Part shown: positions 1 through 11,100 of the stretch, one piece after another
How the letters are laid out: each line of letters opens with the position of its first letter
Position numbering within the stretch: the stretch's first letter is position 1
DNA from: a virus
DNA: 64,000 nucleotides
Virus record (IMG/VR): IMGVR_UViG_3300046355_000213
Coordinates: 61,035 to 125,034 of that record
Direction: 5' to 3' (one strand)
The notes under the pieces: generated by a model
Seen by the model: the letters and a program-made list of their open reading frames with translations, nothing else
Database searches by the model: none
What the model was told of the DNA's origin: nothing
Program-made: the position numbers and the translations under genes

Positions 1-1698
1 TCCTGCTTTGGCACCGGCAGCAAGTATTTCTGTTGCCCGGTCATACATCATGTTATATAACTGGTTAGGACTGTCTCCTAACTTATAGCTCTTAGGAATA
101 ACACCTACATCCTGCAAGCGTTTGTGTTCTTTCTCCAGCTCAGGGTTTGTTAAAAACTTACCCGTTTTAATCACGCCAGATAGGTACTGCATGTAAGCAG
201 GGGATACCATCTTATCAGGACTTTGCATACCTGCTTCTGAAATGATACTGGCCCCTGTGCTTAAATATTCATCAGCCGTGCGGTTGAACTGCTCAGTCAT
301 TCGCTGGTGAGCGGCAACAGGATCTGTGCCCATGATACTTTTACCTACATAGATAGGTGTATCATTAGGATTACCTGCGTCCTTCTTATTGCCGGATGAA
401 CTGGAGCCTGAACCAGAGCCCGAAGCTCCACTGCCGTAGCGTGTCTGAAACTGTGAGTCATCCTGCAACATCTTGGCCATAGTCTTTTCCATCTCAAGGT
501 TAGCCTTGAATACCGGATCTATGTCAATCTTGTACTTGTTATTGATAGCCTGGTTGCGGGCAAAGTTTTGGATCAGTGCATTCTTGTTGGCCCTGCGGAA
601 GAAATCTTCACCACCATTAAGCATGCTGTTATATTCATCCTGATATTCTTTAGCATCAGGCTTAGAGTACTTGTCAATATTCTCCTGTAAGGAAGAAGAA
701 GAATTCTTGTAGCTTTCTAATTGAAGGGCTATGTTTTTACGCTCTGTCAATTCCTCAACAGTAAGTTCACCTTTAGCTTGTTTAGCCTTGAACTCTACGT
801 CCATGGCATCAAGCTTCTTGGTCATCTCTGTAACCTGCTCATCTAGGTCTGACTTTCTTTCTGTGTAGTATCCTCTTTGCTTAGTCATGTAGCCATCAGC
901 TACCATCTTCTTAGCAGTAGGTTCGTCATACCCTAAACCCTGGTATTGCTGTACCTGGCTGCGGTAATCTACCACACCCTGTACACGGAACATATCATCA
1001 GCCTGGGGCATACTGGCCAGTTCATTAGCCGCCCATTCTTTAAACAAAGGCACAGCACCGTCACCATTTGTGCGGGTGATCTTATACGCATTGTTGGGTC
1101 CTCCCTGGCTTTCTGTTTCAATCATCAGGCCCTGGTCTTTGGCACGCTTTTTCAACTCAGCCATTGTATCAAAGTAAGGAACATACTTGTTCACCTTGAC
1201 TTTAGATATAGAGCCGTCACCACGCTTTGCCATAGAAAGCTCATTGGCTGACAGGGCCACATAGTTAGCACCGGTCTGCCAGTATTGTTCTCTGACCTTG
1301 GGATCATTGGATTGTGCCATAGAATCAGCACGGGTACGCTCTGCGTTGATAGCAGAGGTCTTGGAGTAGTCCATCAAAAGGTCCTGGTCTTGCCAGAATG
1401 GAGCATACACTTGTTGGGCAGCATCCACATTTTGCATCTGTGAAAAGTCAACCCCTTGTAATTTCTTTAGTTGGTCCTCGGCCTGTTTGATATAGTTGTC
1501 TCTGACCACTTGATTGTCTGACACTGACAGTGCAGCATTACGGATCAAGCTGTCTGAGGATTTAACCTGGCTCAGTCCTTGCTCAAACATGGAAGATCTA
1601 CGCTGAAGCATAGAGTTCATCATACCAAAGTCCGGTGTGTATAACGGAAGCGGTGCTATAATGTCTGAGCCTGAAGGATACGGATTAATAGATGCCAT
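1..1698 (-). CDS. Large crAss-like cargo/ejected virion protein, N-terminal part (runs off the window; not in the ORF track)
   Basis: ATG at 1698 (MASINPYPSGSDIIAPLPLYTPDFGMMNSMLQRR...), just downstream of a late-promoter motif; appears to stay open to the window edge; follows the tail/cargo genes as in crAss-like phages. Confidence 0.7.
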   Translation of the reverse strand, partial: MASINPYPSGSDIIAPLPLYTPDFGMMNSMLQRRSSMFEQGLSQVKSSDSLIRNAALSVSDNQVVRDNYIKQAEDQLKKLQGVDFSQMQNVDAAQQVYAPFWQDQDLLMDYSKTSAINAERTRADSMAQSNDPKVREQYWQTGANYVALSANELSMAKRGDGSISKVKVNKYVPYFDTMAELKKRAKDQGLMIETESQGGPNNAYKITRTNGDGAVPLFKEWAANELASMPQADDMFRVQGVVDYRSQVQQYQGLGYDEPTAKKMVADGYMTKQRGYYTERKSDLDEQVTEMTKKLDAMDVEFKAKQAKGELTVEELTERKNIALQLESYKNSSSSLQENIDKYSKPDAKEYQDEYNSMLNGGEDFFRRANKNALIQNFARNQAINNKYKIDIDPVFKANLEMEKTMAKMLQDDSQFQTRYGSGASGSGSGSSSSGNKKDAGNPNDTPIYVGKSIMGTDPVAAHQRMTEQFNRTADEYLSTGASIISEAGMQSPDKMVSPAYMQYLSGVIKTGKFLTNPELEKEHKRLQDVGVIPKSYKLGDSPNQLYNMMYDRATEILAAGAKAG

Positions 1699-1700
1699 AG

Positions 1701-1716
1701 TACATTAATAATATAC
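1701..1716 (-). promoter_or_regulatory. Putative phage late promoter motif GTATATTATTAATGTA
   Basis: One of about 9 intergenic copies upstream of minus-strand genes; ATG follows 2 nt later. Confidence 0.7.
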
Positions 1717-1752
1717 AAAAAAAATCTGATAAGTTTAGTAAACCTGGGAAGT

Positions 1753-3723
1753 TTACTGTGTCATTCTCATGGCTGGAAACTGTCTGTTTTGCATACCGGC
1801 CATCATCTGCATGAATGGGTTCATCACAGAAGTAAAATCAGGGTAGCCATCATTGTCCTTATCAGTGGTAGTAGTACGGCCTTTTTGTTTCATCTGCTCG
1901 TCAGCCCATGCAGTTGCTTTGTCCATGGGCATTTTTAAGGTCTCCGTAGCATACTTGATCATCTCAGGATAAGTAGTTGCTGCTGCACCTGTACCTCTTG
2001 CACCACGGATCATGCTGTTGATGTCACGATTAGGATCTTTCTGTTTGGCAAATCCTGTACGGGAGTCAATCATGAAGTAAGGGTTGGTAGCATTGATGCC
2101 ATCCACCATTGCACGGTTGTTCCAGGCATTGTTGTATGCTGCCAGCAATTGACTGTCAGCAGCACTTTGGTTACGGAAGTTTTCTTTCAGTGCATTGTTT
2201 GCCATCTCGTTGTACATCGTACTTGCCTGGGCACGGTTAGCCAGATACTGGTTATCCATCTGTGCACCTTGTGTCTCATACTGATTGGCAATCATTACGT
2301 TTTGCTTATTTACCGCTCCTGCGTTGGCTTCATTGGCTGCCAGGTTTCTTCCTGCCACCTGTGATGCGCCTGCTAAGAATTGCTGTGGTCTTCCAAAGGT
2401 TCTCATACCCTGCATCTGCATGTTAGCCATCTCAGCATTCGCTGCATAGTCGCGGGTAGGGTCCATGAATACGGCCTTTGGTTTTACATAACCAGGTGTA
2501 GCTACAAAGGGCTTGATCGTAGGAATGGTTGCTCTGGTAGCCAGGGCCTGCATACCTGCCAGCTTATCTGGTAATAAGTAATCAGCATTAGGCATTTTAT
2601 ATGGAGCACCTGCTGTCCCTGGTTGTGGACCTGAAAGCATTTCCTCTTCAGACGTAGAACTAGTGTAAGGAGGGTAGCTGTTAGGTACAGGAGCCAAAGT
2701 AGGCAACTTCATCTGTACTGGGATAGGCATAGGAGCTCTTTGGATAGGGTCTACTTTTTCCATCAAACGCGGTGCACGGAAATCATAATAACCGTCATTG
2801 AACTGTTGCTTTAACTGCTCATCGGTTAACTGATTCACTGCTTTACCAGGATACATCTTCTTGCCCTTGTTAGTTAAAGGGACATTCTTTAGATAATTCA
2901 CAAACTGGTTGTTGAACTCAGGATCTTTTTGAGCACTCTGGATCATCCACTTCTGCCACTGGTCCACATTGTTTGGACTGCCCGTATAGCCACGGTTTCC
3001 ATAATAACTTGCCACGTCATTAAAACTGTCAAAAGAGTTCTCACGCATATCTTTCATGCCTGGTGTTCTCTTTCTGTAGTCCTCTGTTACCTGACCCTTA
3101 GTCTGGTACTGAGTTAAGCCGCCAAAAGCAGCTTGTGGCATAGCAGACTGTGCGATGTCTGGAATGCCTTGCGGGAAACCTTTCATGCTCTCCTGTAATA
3201 GGGCAAGCTGACCCAGCTTTTTTTGATTGTTGTCCATCATCATTTGAGCAGTCTGCTTTTTAAGCGGGTCTGCCAATGGATCATCAAGTACGCTCTTGTA
3301 CTTGTTCAGGTCATATTGCTTTGCCAGTTGAGCTGGAGTGTATTTTTTCTTAGAATCTGCACTTTTACCAAACATCTCCAGAGCGGCACCTCCAACCTTC
3401 ATCTTCTTTGTGTCAGAGAATATAAAGCTGCCAGGGTTCAGGTTAAGCGGCGTACCACCTTGAGAGTGACGCTTACCGCCAATCTTCATGTGTTCCTGCA
3501 TGCCGTCACCATCCAGGTCACCTACAACAGTCTCTCCTTTTTCTGCTTCCAGGTTAGCTTCTTCTCTTGGAACGGGCTGTAAGGTATCAGATACGGACTG
3601 GTAAGGACTATCCTCACGCATTTGGTTGTCTAACACCGGTTGACCTAAGTCAAGGTTGTAACCTCGCTGGCCACCATAAGCCATGTTAGGCATGTCCTTA
3701 ATACGTACTCTGTATGTTTTCAT
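1753..3723 (-). CDS. crAss-like cargo/internal virion protein
   Basis: 656 aa; EAEKGET...GKRHSQGG...FIFSD motif, Q/M/A-rich, xxxGG motifs, cargo-gene position. Confidence 0.65.
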   Translation of the reverse strand: MKTYRVRIKDMPNMAYGGQRGYNLDLGQPVLDNQMREDSPYQSVSDTLQPVPREEANLEAEKGETVVGDLDGDGMQEHMKIGGKRHSQGGTPLNLNPGSFIFSDTKKMKVGGAALEMFGKSADSKKKYTPAQLAKQYDLNKYKSVLDDPLADPLKKQTAQMMMDNNQKKLGQLALLQESMKGFPQGIPDIAQSAMPQAAFGGLTQYQTKGQVTEDYRKRTPGMKDMRENSFDSFNDVASYYGNRGYTGSPNNVDQWQKWMIQSAQKDPEFNNQFVNYLKNVPLTNKGKKMYPGKAVNQLTDEQLKQQFNDGYYDFRAPRLMEKVDPIQRAPMPIPVQMKLPTLAPVPNSYPPYTSSTSEEEMLSGPQPGTAGAPYKMPNADYLLPDKLAGMQALATRATIPTIKPFVATPGYVKPKAVFMDPTRDYAANAEMANMQMQGMRTFGRPQQFLAGASQVAGRNLAANEANAGAVNKQNVMIANQYETQGAQMDNQYLANRAQASTMYNEMANNALKENFRNQSAADSQLLAAYNNAWNNRAMVDGINATNPYFMIDSRTGFAKQKDPNRDINSMIRGARGTGAAATTYPEMIKYATETLKMPMDKATAWADEQMKQKGRTTTTDKDNDGYPDFTSVMNPFMQMMAGMQNRQFPAMRMTQ

Positions 3724-3735
3724 AGGAATATAGTC

Positions 3736-3751
3736 TACTCTTTAATATAAC
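3736..3751 (-). promoter_or_regulatory. Late promoter motif variant GTTATATTAAAGAGTA
   Basis: Degenerate copy just upstream of the ATG at 3723. Confidence 0.45.
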
Positions 3752-3788
3752 AAAATTTCTGGAGTTTAACAAGCTAAACCTAAAAGGT

Positions 3789-5234
3789 TTAAATGAACTC
3801 CACATCACCGCCCATAGCTTTGATCTGCATGATCTGGTCTGCTGTAAGCTCATACTCTCCACCTTGCTGCATCATTTCTACGTGCAGGTGATCTCCTTCA
3901 TCAATGATGTCTTCAATGCCGTAGCGCTGGCGGATCTGTGGGCTCTGGCTTAAAAGGCCTTTCAGTTGATTGTAAGCCCTTCTATCAGAAGAGTTGGCAC
4001 CAATGTCAATAGCTTTGTTCTGGTAATGCTTGGAGCCACTCATGTGCTTGCTGTCATTGCCGGAAGAAATCTTCAGGCCAGGAAACTGTGCACTCATGTC
4101 TGTAGCAAAAGCACTAAGACCTGCATCCAGGTTATTGATGTTTACTCCTGGCTTAGTATCCAGGCCGGTATAGTTTGCATTGGTTGTACCAAAAGCATCG
4201 CGGGTTATCTTACCCTTACCAAAGTAATCCATAGCTCCCTTAGGCCCTGCAAAATGAATCATCATTTTTATCTGGTCTACAGACTGCTTGGGATTGTACT
4301 GCTGTTTAATCTTCTGGGCATACGGCGTCAGGGTATTAGCATTCCAATAGTCAAAGTATTTTTCCTGGGCATCCGGAGTATCTAAGAAAGCTTGCTTGCT
4401 GTCTACTCCTGTTACCGTGCGGATAGTGTCTTTGTGTTGGTTCCATAAGAACTGATACTTACCCGCTGCAGAACTTGCCAGGGAACCGTCTTTCTTTTTA
4501 GGAAGGGCCCGGTAGTCGCCGCCACTCTCACGGGTAGCAATCTGCTCTTTTAATGATATAGAGGCAGATTTAAAGTTTGTCTCTGCAGGTTGAGCAGGCA
4601 TACTAGGCATCTCCGGCATAGTCTGTGGCATATAGTCCATAGGGTTCACCAGGGCCGTATTACTAAACGCATCAATAGAAGGCACCATGTACTGTTCTGT
4701 CTCAGCGTTAACTCCTCCTACCTGAAAGAACCGTCCACCATTGTACTGTCCTTCCGGAGACTTGACACCCATTTGATCTGGTCTGAATAAACCATAGTCA
4801 GAAGGCCCTACACCGTAGTTACCTCTATCCATGGAGTTTTCTCCTTGTTGGTTAAACTGGGCATTACGGTTACGTAATAAGGTATCACGCTCTCTTTCAG
4901 CATCACCCTTGTTGAAAGCTGCATTGTAAAGATTAGCAGCATTATATCCTGCATTCATCACATCCATGAAATTAACTGTCCTTTTAGGTAGGTCAATTTC
5001 AGGATTCTCCTTAGCAATACGTTGCTTTAGGTCATTGGCAAATACAGCATCTGCAGCAGCACCTGTAGGAGCCTGAGTAGGAAAAGCCTGATTTGTCATT
5101 TGAAAATCATTGCTGGCCTGATCAATCATTTCCTGGTCAGATAATTGAAACTGAAACTTGTTAGGAGTTATCTGAGGAAAAGTGTTCTGCCCTGCCAGCT
5201 GAAATTTCTTAAGCCCTGTTATACGGATCTTCAT
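3789..5234 (-). CDS. Virion-associated peptidoglycan hydrolase: lysozyme-like domain plus M15-like Zn peptidase domain
   Basis: IATRESGGDY...AAGKYQF lysozyme-like motif; SKHYQNKAIDI...DHLHVE (H-x6-D...HxH) peptidase motif; likely start MKIRITG at 5234, right after the upstream stop. Confidence 0.75.
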   Translation of the reverse strand: MKIRITGLKKFQLAGQNTFPQITPNKFQFQLSDQEMIDQASNDFQMTNQAFPTQAPTGAAADAVFANDLKQRIAKENPEIDLPKRTVNFMDVMNAGYNAANLYNAAFNKGDAERERDTLLRNRNAQFNQQGENSMDRGNYGVGPSDYGLFRPDQMGVKSPEGQYNGGRFFQVGGVNAETEQYMVPSIDAFSNTALVNPMDYMPQTMPEMPSMPAQPAETNFKSASISLKEQIATRESGGDYRALPKKKDGSLASSAAGKYQFLWNQHKDTIRTVTGVDSKQAFLDTPDAQEKYFDYWNANTLTPYAQKIKQQYNPKQSVDQIKMMIHFAGPKGAMDYFGKGKITRDAFGTTNANYTGLDTKPGVNINNLDAGLSAFATDMSAQFPGLKISSGNDSKHMSGSKHYQNKAIDIGANSSDRRAYNQLKGLLSQSPQIRQRYGIEDIIDEGDHLHVEMMQQGGEYELTADQIMQIKAMGGDVEFI

Positions 5235-5235
5235 G

Positions 5236-8148
5236 TTATAGTACTTCAAAAGTGTAACCAAGCCTTTTTAACTCTGCCATCTGTGCAGGAGTCACTTCCA
5301 TTTCATCACCTACTGAATGCTGTCCTCCATTTTTCATAGAGCCTCCGCATTCAAAGCATGGCATACCGCCTGCTTCATAAAAGGCATTACCTGAGAATGT
5401 AGAGCCGCCGTCTTTCCATGTCTTTCTGGCAAATGCCCTGAAAAATGGATTGTTGTCTAAGTTCTTTTTATGTCTGGCATAGAAAGCTGCTTTTCTCTCT
5501 GGGTCTTTAGGATGCTGACCTAAGTTAGAATCCCCAAAATATTTGACAGTGCCATCAGGACCTGTTACTTTATGGGTCTTTCCTTTTCTGTCATTGCTTC
5601 TGCTTACAGTGTACCCACCATTAGCCATCTGCTCCATCTGTTCCTCAGTCATCTCCTGGTTCTCCGGAGAGTACATCATGTTGTCATATACAGAACCGGC
5701 AAAGTCATCCATAAGAGTGATCTTGCTTGCCTGCCAGGGTTCCAGGTCAGAATCTGGCTTAATGAACTTACGAAGCTTATCCAGCTTATCCATCATAGCA
5801 TTGATCTGAGACAGAGCCATCTCACCATCTGGTTGACCACCATCACCCATGAACGGCATATAACCGCCGTAAGCATACCCGTAGTCATCCATCTTATCCA
5901 GGTTACCGGCAGCTGCAAAACGGGCACGAGCAATTTCTTCTGGCATTTTGCCTCCCTCTGCATATTGTGCTTTAGGTTTTTTTCCTGCAGCTTTCATTGC
6001 CATAGCAATAGCTGCTTGTTGTGCTGAACCGCCATAGGCCATGTTACTCATGATCTTTGCTTGTACAAATTCCGGTAAAGCTTTAAAGCCAGGATTATCT
6101 GTACCGCCACCATAAGCTTTCTCAGGCGTTACATACAATGAAGTATTAGCCCCCACGTTTTTAAAGTAAGGATTATCTAAAGTCTTTTTGCGGCAGTTGA
6201 TACAACCTGCACTCATGCGGTTATCAGATACTTTATTATTGTCAAATAATTTCTCCCTGTCACCTAACAAGTGAGTAGGAATACCGTGCATGGCTACACT
6301 CACTTTTCTGTTAGGGTTTGCAGGATCCGGAAGCAAACGCTTGTTAGGATCTGTATGCTGGATGTAAAAGAAGTTATCAGACCCATAGTTTTTACCATAG
6401 TCGGTTGCACTTGTGTTACCCTTACCTGCACGGTTCATGGTATATTCACCGGAAGGTGTAGTTCTTTTCTTATAAAACACCGGTTGTTCATCACCTGCAT
6501 CTTGGCCCAGCCCAACCTCATCTTGTAAAGCAAGGTTACCATTCTCATCAAAGAAATAACCACGGGCATTCTGCTTGGATACAATACCAAACTTCTTGCC
6601 TTTGTTCTTCTCTGCGTATTGATTGTAGTAGTTGTACACATCCTGAGGAAGGTCAAAAGATTGCTCTTGTACCTCATCCTCATTCATGCCAAAAGTTCTT
6701 TCAAACCAGTTACGGTTATCTACCTTGTTGTTTACACGTTGCATACCTTTAGCGGTTGCTTTAGTTTGCGTAGTAGGTACGTAGGCAGGCATAGCGGATT
6801 GAACCGCAGGAGAAGCATAGTTTATGTTTACTCGGGGTTTCTCCTGGTACTGCAGCATGTTGAGCATTTGCTTGTTCTGCTCAGCTGTACCTTTGTAATT
6901 ATTGGCAAAGTATTTATCAAATACTTTCTTACGGCTGCTAAAGTCTGCATCCATACCACGGGCCGCCATATAATCATACAAGCTGCCGCCTTTCTGCATC
7001 TCTACTTCCATACCGTACTCAGCTTTTTTCCAACCACCACCTTTGCTCTTATACCACTTAGCTGCCCATCCATTAGCGTAAGCACTTGGATACACATCAT
7101 ACTTTTGTCTGGCCATAGACTTAGCTCTTGACCATAAAGACGGGTTGGTAGGGACATTACCCCCTGATTTGAATTCTTCCATGTCGTTGTACATTTCTTC
7201 ACCCCCAAACTCACGTCTGCGGTGTTGGTAATTTATTTTATCACTTGATGTTTTCTCTCTGGTAAACTTTGCCTTCTCTGCAGATGATAACTCAGAAGAT
7301 GTCTTGGGTGTATCGTCATTAACTCTCTTGCTAGGCCTGCATGCCGGATAACCCTTGCGGGATTCTCCCTCTTGTCTGCCACAGTCTTTGCCTGTCTTTA
7401 CATCTACCCACTTCTCTGCAAACCATCTGTCCAGACCACCGTGTTGACCACCTGATGCATTCTTTGGTAATACACCAGTTCCTTTTTTATAATTTTCACC
7501 AAACCAGGTTGCTGCAGCATCATTAGGAAACTGTATATAAGTCTTAGTAGAGTCTGCATAATCAAATGCATCTTTGCCTAAATACTTTAAAGTACCGTTA
7601 GGCATTTGTACTACAGTTGGATATACACGACTATCACCACTTTGCATATAGTGAGTACTAGGTCCTTTTACTCCAGGTATCTGCATAGAAGGTGTATTCT
7701 TTGGATATAGTCTTTGCACCCAATTAAGATTCTTGTTAGCATTTAGTACAGAATCAACATAAGCTGTTCCACCACCTTGCATCTTAACAGAACCTCCACA
7801 CTTATGACATGTCATAGGATCAGATCCACCATCAACTGCTTTCCAAGAATGACCACAACTAGAGCAAGTAACAGATCGACTTAATAGTCCACCATTCTGC
7901 ATCATTGGATACTCAGTAACGTTATCTGCATCAGGAAATAGATAGTCTTGATTAGGATACATCATTTGAGCTTGTCCAATATTAGGGACCCCTAACACAG
8001 GATAACTAACACCATCCATCGTAATATTATTAGAAGGTATGTTAGTAATCTCACCAGGATGTTGCCACTGGTTACGGGGTACTTTAGGCTTAGAAGGCTT
8101 GGACATCTTCTTTTGGATATCGGCAAGTAAACTCTTATTTAGACTCAT
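5236..8148 (-). CDS. Multi-module cargo protein with an L,D-transpeptidase-like domain, Zn ribbon and several small phage modules separated by xxxGG motifs
   Basis: 970 aa; TTPSGEY...VAMHG...RMSAGCIN (YkuD-like His/Cys motif); CSSC...CHKC ribbon; about 15 GG motifs. Confidence 0.7.
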   Translation of the reverse strand: MSLNKSLLADIQKKMSKPSKPKVPRNQWQHPGEITNIPSNNITMDGVSYPVLGVPNIGQAQMMYPNQDYLFPDADNVTEYPMMQNGGLLSRSVTCSSCGHSWKAVDGGSDPMTCHKCGGSVKMQGGGTAYVDSVLNANKNLNWVQRLYPKNTPSMQIPGVKGPSTHYMQSGDSRVYPTVVQMPNGTLKYLGKDAFDYADSTKTYIQFPNDAAATWFGENYKKGTGVLPKNASGGQHGGLDRWFAEKWVDVKTGKDCGRQEGESRKGYPACRPSKRVNDDTPKTSSELSSAEKAKFTREKTSSDKINYQHRRREFGGEEMYNDMEEFKSGGNVPTNPSLWSRAKSMARQKYDVYPSAYANGWAAKWYKSKGGGWKKAEYGMEVEMQKGGSLYDYMAARGMDADFSSRKKVFDKYFANNYKGTAEQNKQMLNMLQYQEKPRVNINYASPAVQSAMPAYVPTTQTKATAKGMQRVNNKVDNRNWFERTFGMNEDEVQEQSFDLPQDVYNYYNQYAEKNKGKKFGIVSKQNARGYFFDENGNLALQDEVGLGQDAGDEQPVFYKKRTTPSGEYTMNRAGKGNTSATDYGKNYGSDNFFYIQHTDPNKRLLPDPANPNRKVSVAMHGIPTHLLGDREKLFDNNKVSDNRMSAGCINCRKKTLDNPYFKNVGANTSLYVTPEKAYGGGTDNPGFKALPEFVQAKIMSNMAYGGSAQQAAIAMAMKAAGKKPKAQYAEGGKMPEEIARARFAAAGNLDKMDDYGYAYGGYMPFMGDGGQPDGEMALSQINAMMDKLDKLRKFIKPDSDLEPWQASKITLMDDFAGSVYDNMMYSPENQEMTEEQMEQMANGGYTVSRSNDRKGKTHKVTGPDGTVKYFGDSNLGQHPKDPERKAAFYARHKKNLDNNPFFRAFARKTWKDGGSTFSGNAFYEAGGMPCFECGGSMKNGGQHSVGDEMEVTPAQMAELKRLGYTFEVL

Positions 8149-11100
8149 CGTAAACTAGGTTGCAACTTGGTGTTAATTAACTTGAACAGGAACTTCACAG
8201 GGCCGGATACATTCTTTCTGAGCAGTACCCTGTTTACATAGTGGCGGAACTTCTTACGTTCCATCACATTCTTATTGTAATCCACATACCGTGCGTTGAT
8301 CTTACGGGTGTATCCATTGCTGGACACATTGAACATAGGCTCCATATTAGTAGTAAACTCACCCCTGTCCTTGGTGATATCCCAGAACTGGTTGAACCGG
8401 TACTTGTTCTCTTCTTTTGAGTACAGGATGTCTACTCCATTAGCCTGGACCTTTGGATAGGTTAGCAGGGCTACCGGGTTGTTCTTTGGCTTGAGGTCAA
8501 GCTTTAGGTTACCGGAGATCTGCTCTGAGTTATATACAATGGCATTGTCAAAGTTCTCATCTAAAAGGTGGAACTTGTCCTGACCGTCATTGAAGTACTT
8601 GAACGTCTCCAGCACATACTCTACGTTTCTTACCGTAGCGACCTGCTGGCCTGTAGACACCACAAACTCCACTTCAAAAGGATAATCTTTTCCGTAGAAG
8701 TTACAGAACTGGTCTGTGCGTACATTGTGTCTCCATACGCCTCTATCCTTAACCGTTAGGAAGCTGCTTCTGCCCGGAATGATAAAGTTAGGATGCCAGT
8801 CATGGAAACTTAAGAAAGCTCCTTTGCCCTCAGCTGCCTTTGGATCATAGGAAATAGTCCAGCTGGCATCTTCAAAGTGAGAGGGGTCGCCCAAGGCTAT
8901 CTTGTTCTTAGTTTTCTTGATGGTCTTTGTGCCATCAGTATTGGTAACAACGAACTCTTCTCCGTCTGTGTAGAAACCATCCACACTGTTCCACTTCATT
9001 GCTTCAGTGGTAGGCTTGAAGTCACGCTTGGTGATATAGAGCAACTCATTGGTATTATCATAGGACATGTTACAGCCTACGCCTACCAGTGGGTTATCCC
9101 CCAGGTTATAATCAGGAAAGGCACGTAGTAACTGAGAAGGCAAGTGCTTGGCAAACCACCACTTGTTTCCTCTTCTAGAAACTTCATCCATCTCACCGCC
9201 ATAGCGGAATATCTTACCCTGTTCCTGGGATACCCAGTACACACCACCTGGAATACCGGCAATGGCAAATTTGCTTTGGCAAGAGCCATACTGGTACTCA
9301 TCATCCGTGTTCATGATGTTACGCAACGGTTGGTTAAACAATCCCGCATCACCAATGGTAAGCTTGATGCCTCCATCAGTCTGCAGACTGTCTACACCCT
9401 GGATCGTAATAGGAGCTTCATTCTCCAGCATGATCAGGGCTCCTGTGCCACCTACTGCCTTTAGAGCCGTCACACGAGATGACATGTCTAAGTAGTTGTT
9501 GGGTAGGAACCTCACCCAGTTATCCTGCTTCTGCTCAGTCTCCTGAGGTAGCGAGTACATAATACGGTTAGGCGAATAAGCATAGCAGTTCTCAGCAATG
9601 CGCGGATCATAGTCGCGGTTTTGCAAAGCTCCCCAGCTTACATAGTTATTGTACAGACGCGCAACACTTAAGGAGTAGTCATACTTATAGAAGTTGCTTG
9701 TCTTGATATTGTCAGAGCGAAACATGGTCTGCACATCTGTGAACCGGTCCGGATCATAGTGTCTCTTACTGGCGACATCTTCCCAGTCCCTGAAAGCCAG
9801 GTTGACCTCTGATTCTACCCAGAAGTCACGTACCCCGTTACAGGAAATATAGAAGTATCCTTTCTCCACAAAGAACCCTTTGTCTACGCGGTCATCTAAG
9901 TGACGGCCTATGCTCGGGAAATTAGTAATGTCTTTGTTGGGCTTACCATTTTCTATCCAGTAACGCGGATAGGCCACCGTGATATAATTACGGTAGTCGT
10001 AGGCAATGTTATCCGGCTGGTCATAGAGCCACTCACTAAAGAAAGTGAATGGGTTCTTCTCTGTATAACGACCAACGTACACATCCCCACCAAACATGAT
10101 GTCTGTAGAGTAACGCGTAGCTAGGTCTGTACCCACATTGTACATACAAGTGTAGACAGGAACCTGCTTAATGCTTTCCAGCTGTCCGTATTGGGAAGGA
10201 AAGTTGATCTTGAGTGCACCATAATGCGCGGAGATGTCGGTTGTAACATTCTTGTTCAGGTCAACTTGCAGCTGGCCCTTTGTCTTACGCGAGATATCAA
10301 CCCGTAACGGATTGGCAATCTCTTTGGTTGTGCTGACAAACACATAACCACTGCGGTCTACGTTATTGATCTTGTAGTTATTGTAGTTCTGCAGGTTGTT
10401 GTTTACATAGAAACTATCTGCAACACCCCTGCGACTGTTGTCTGAGGAAGCATTAAGACTGAAGTTGCTGTAGTAACCGTGAGAGTTATACTGTGCTGAG
10501 TATTGTTTTTCCGGCAGTAAGGAGACGATGACACTGATGATCTTCTCATTGTACATGTCAGCCATCAACTTAGCCGTAGAAATCAAAATAACAATGTTGG
10601 CTACGTGCTGTGCAAGAACAAGTGCGTACGCCACAGCATTTGCAGCTGCACCTACACCAAAGGCATCAGAGCCACCCGGAGGGCCGGGAAATGATGCAGG
10701 AGCACCACCCACCTCAAAAGAGAGCGGAAGGTCCTCGCTGGCAGCAAAGGTCAGTTTCTTACTGGCACCTGTAGCCAAAGCAGAGATACTGTTCATGGTT
10801 GCAAAAACCGACAACAGCTTTCCTACAATACTCAAAGAGTCTGAGATCTGTTTGAACTTAGGGTGTTTGTACACATGCTCAAAGTTTCCAAGCGCCTGGC
10901 CGTAAACTTCTGCATAAAGTTTTACCTCCTGAACACTCAGGTAAGGTTTGGAAAAAGAAGTATCCGGACTGTGAAAAGAGAACATGTCTTTTCTGTAAGC
11001 CGTAAGGGGATTAGATCTCCTGTTGCTCTTGGAACCACTCTCTATGGATTTCTCATCAGAGGTCAGGTACAGATCCGGGTTAAGGTCATTGTACGGATAG

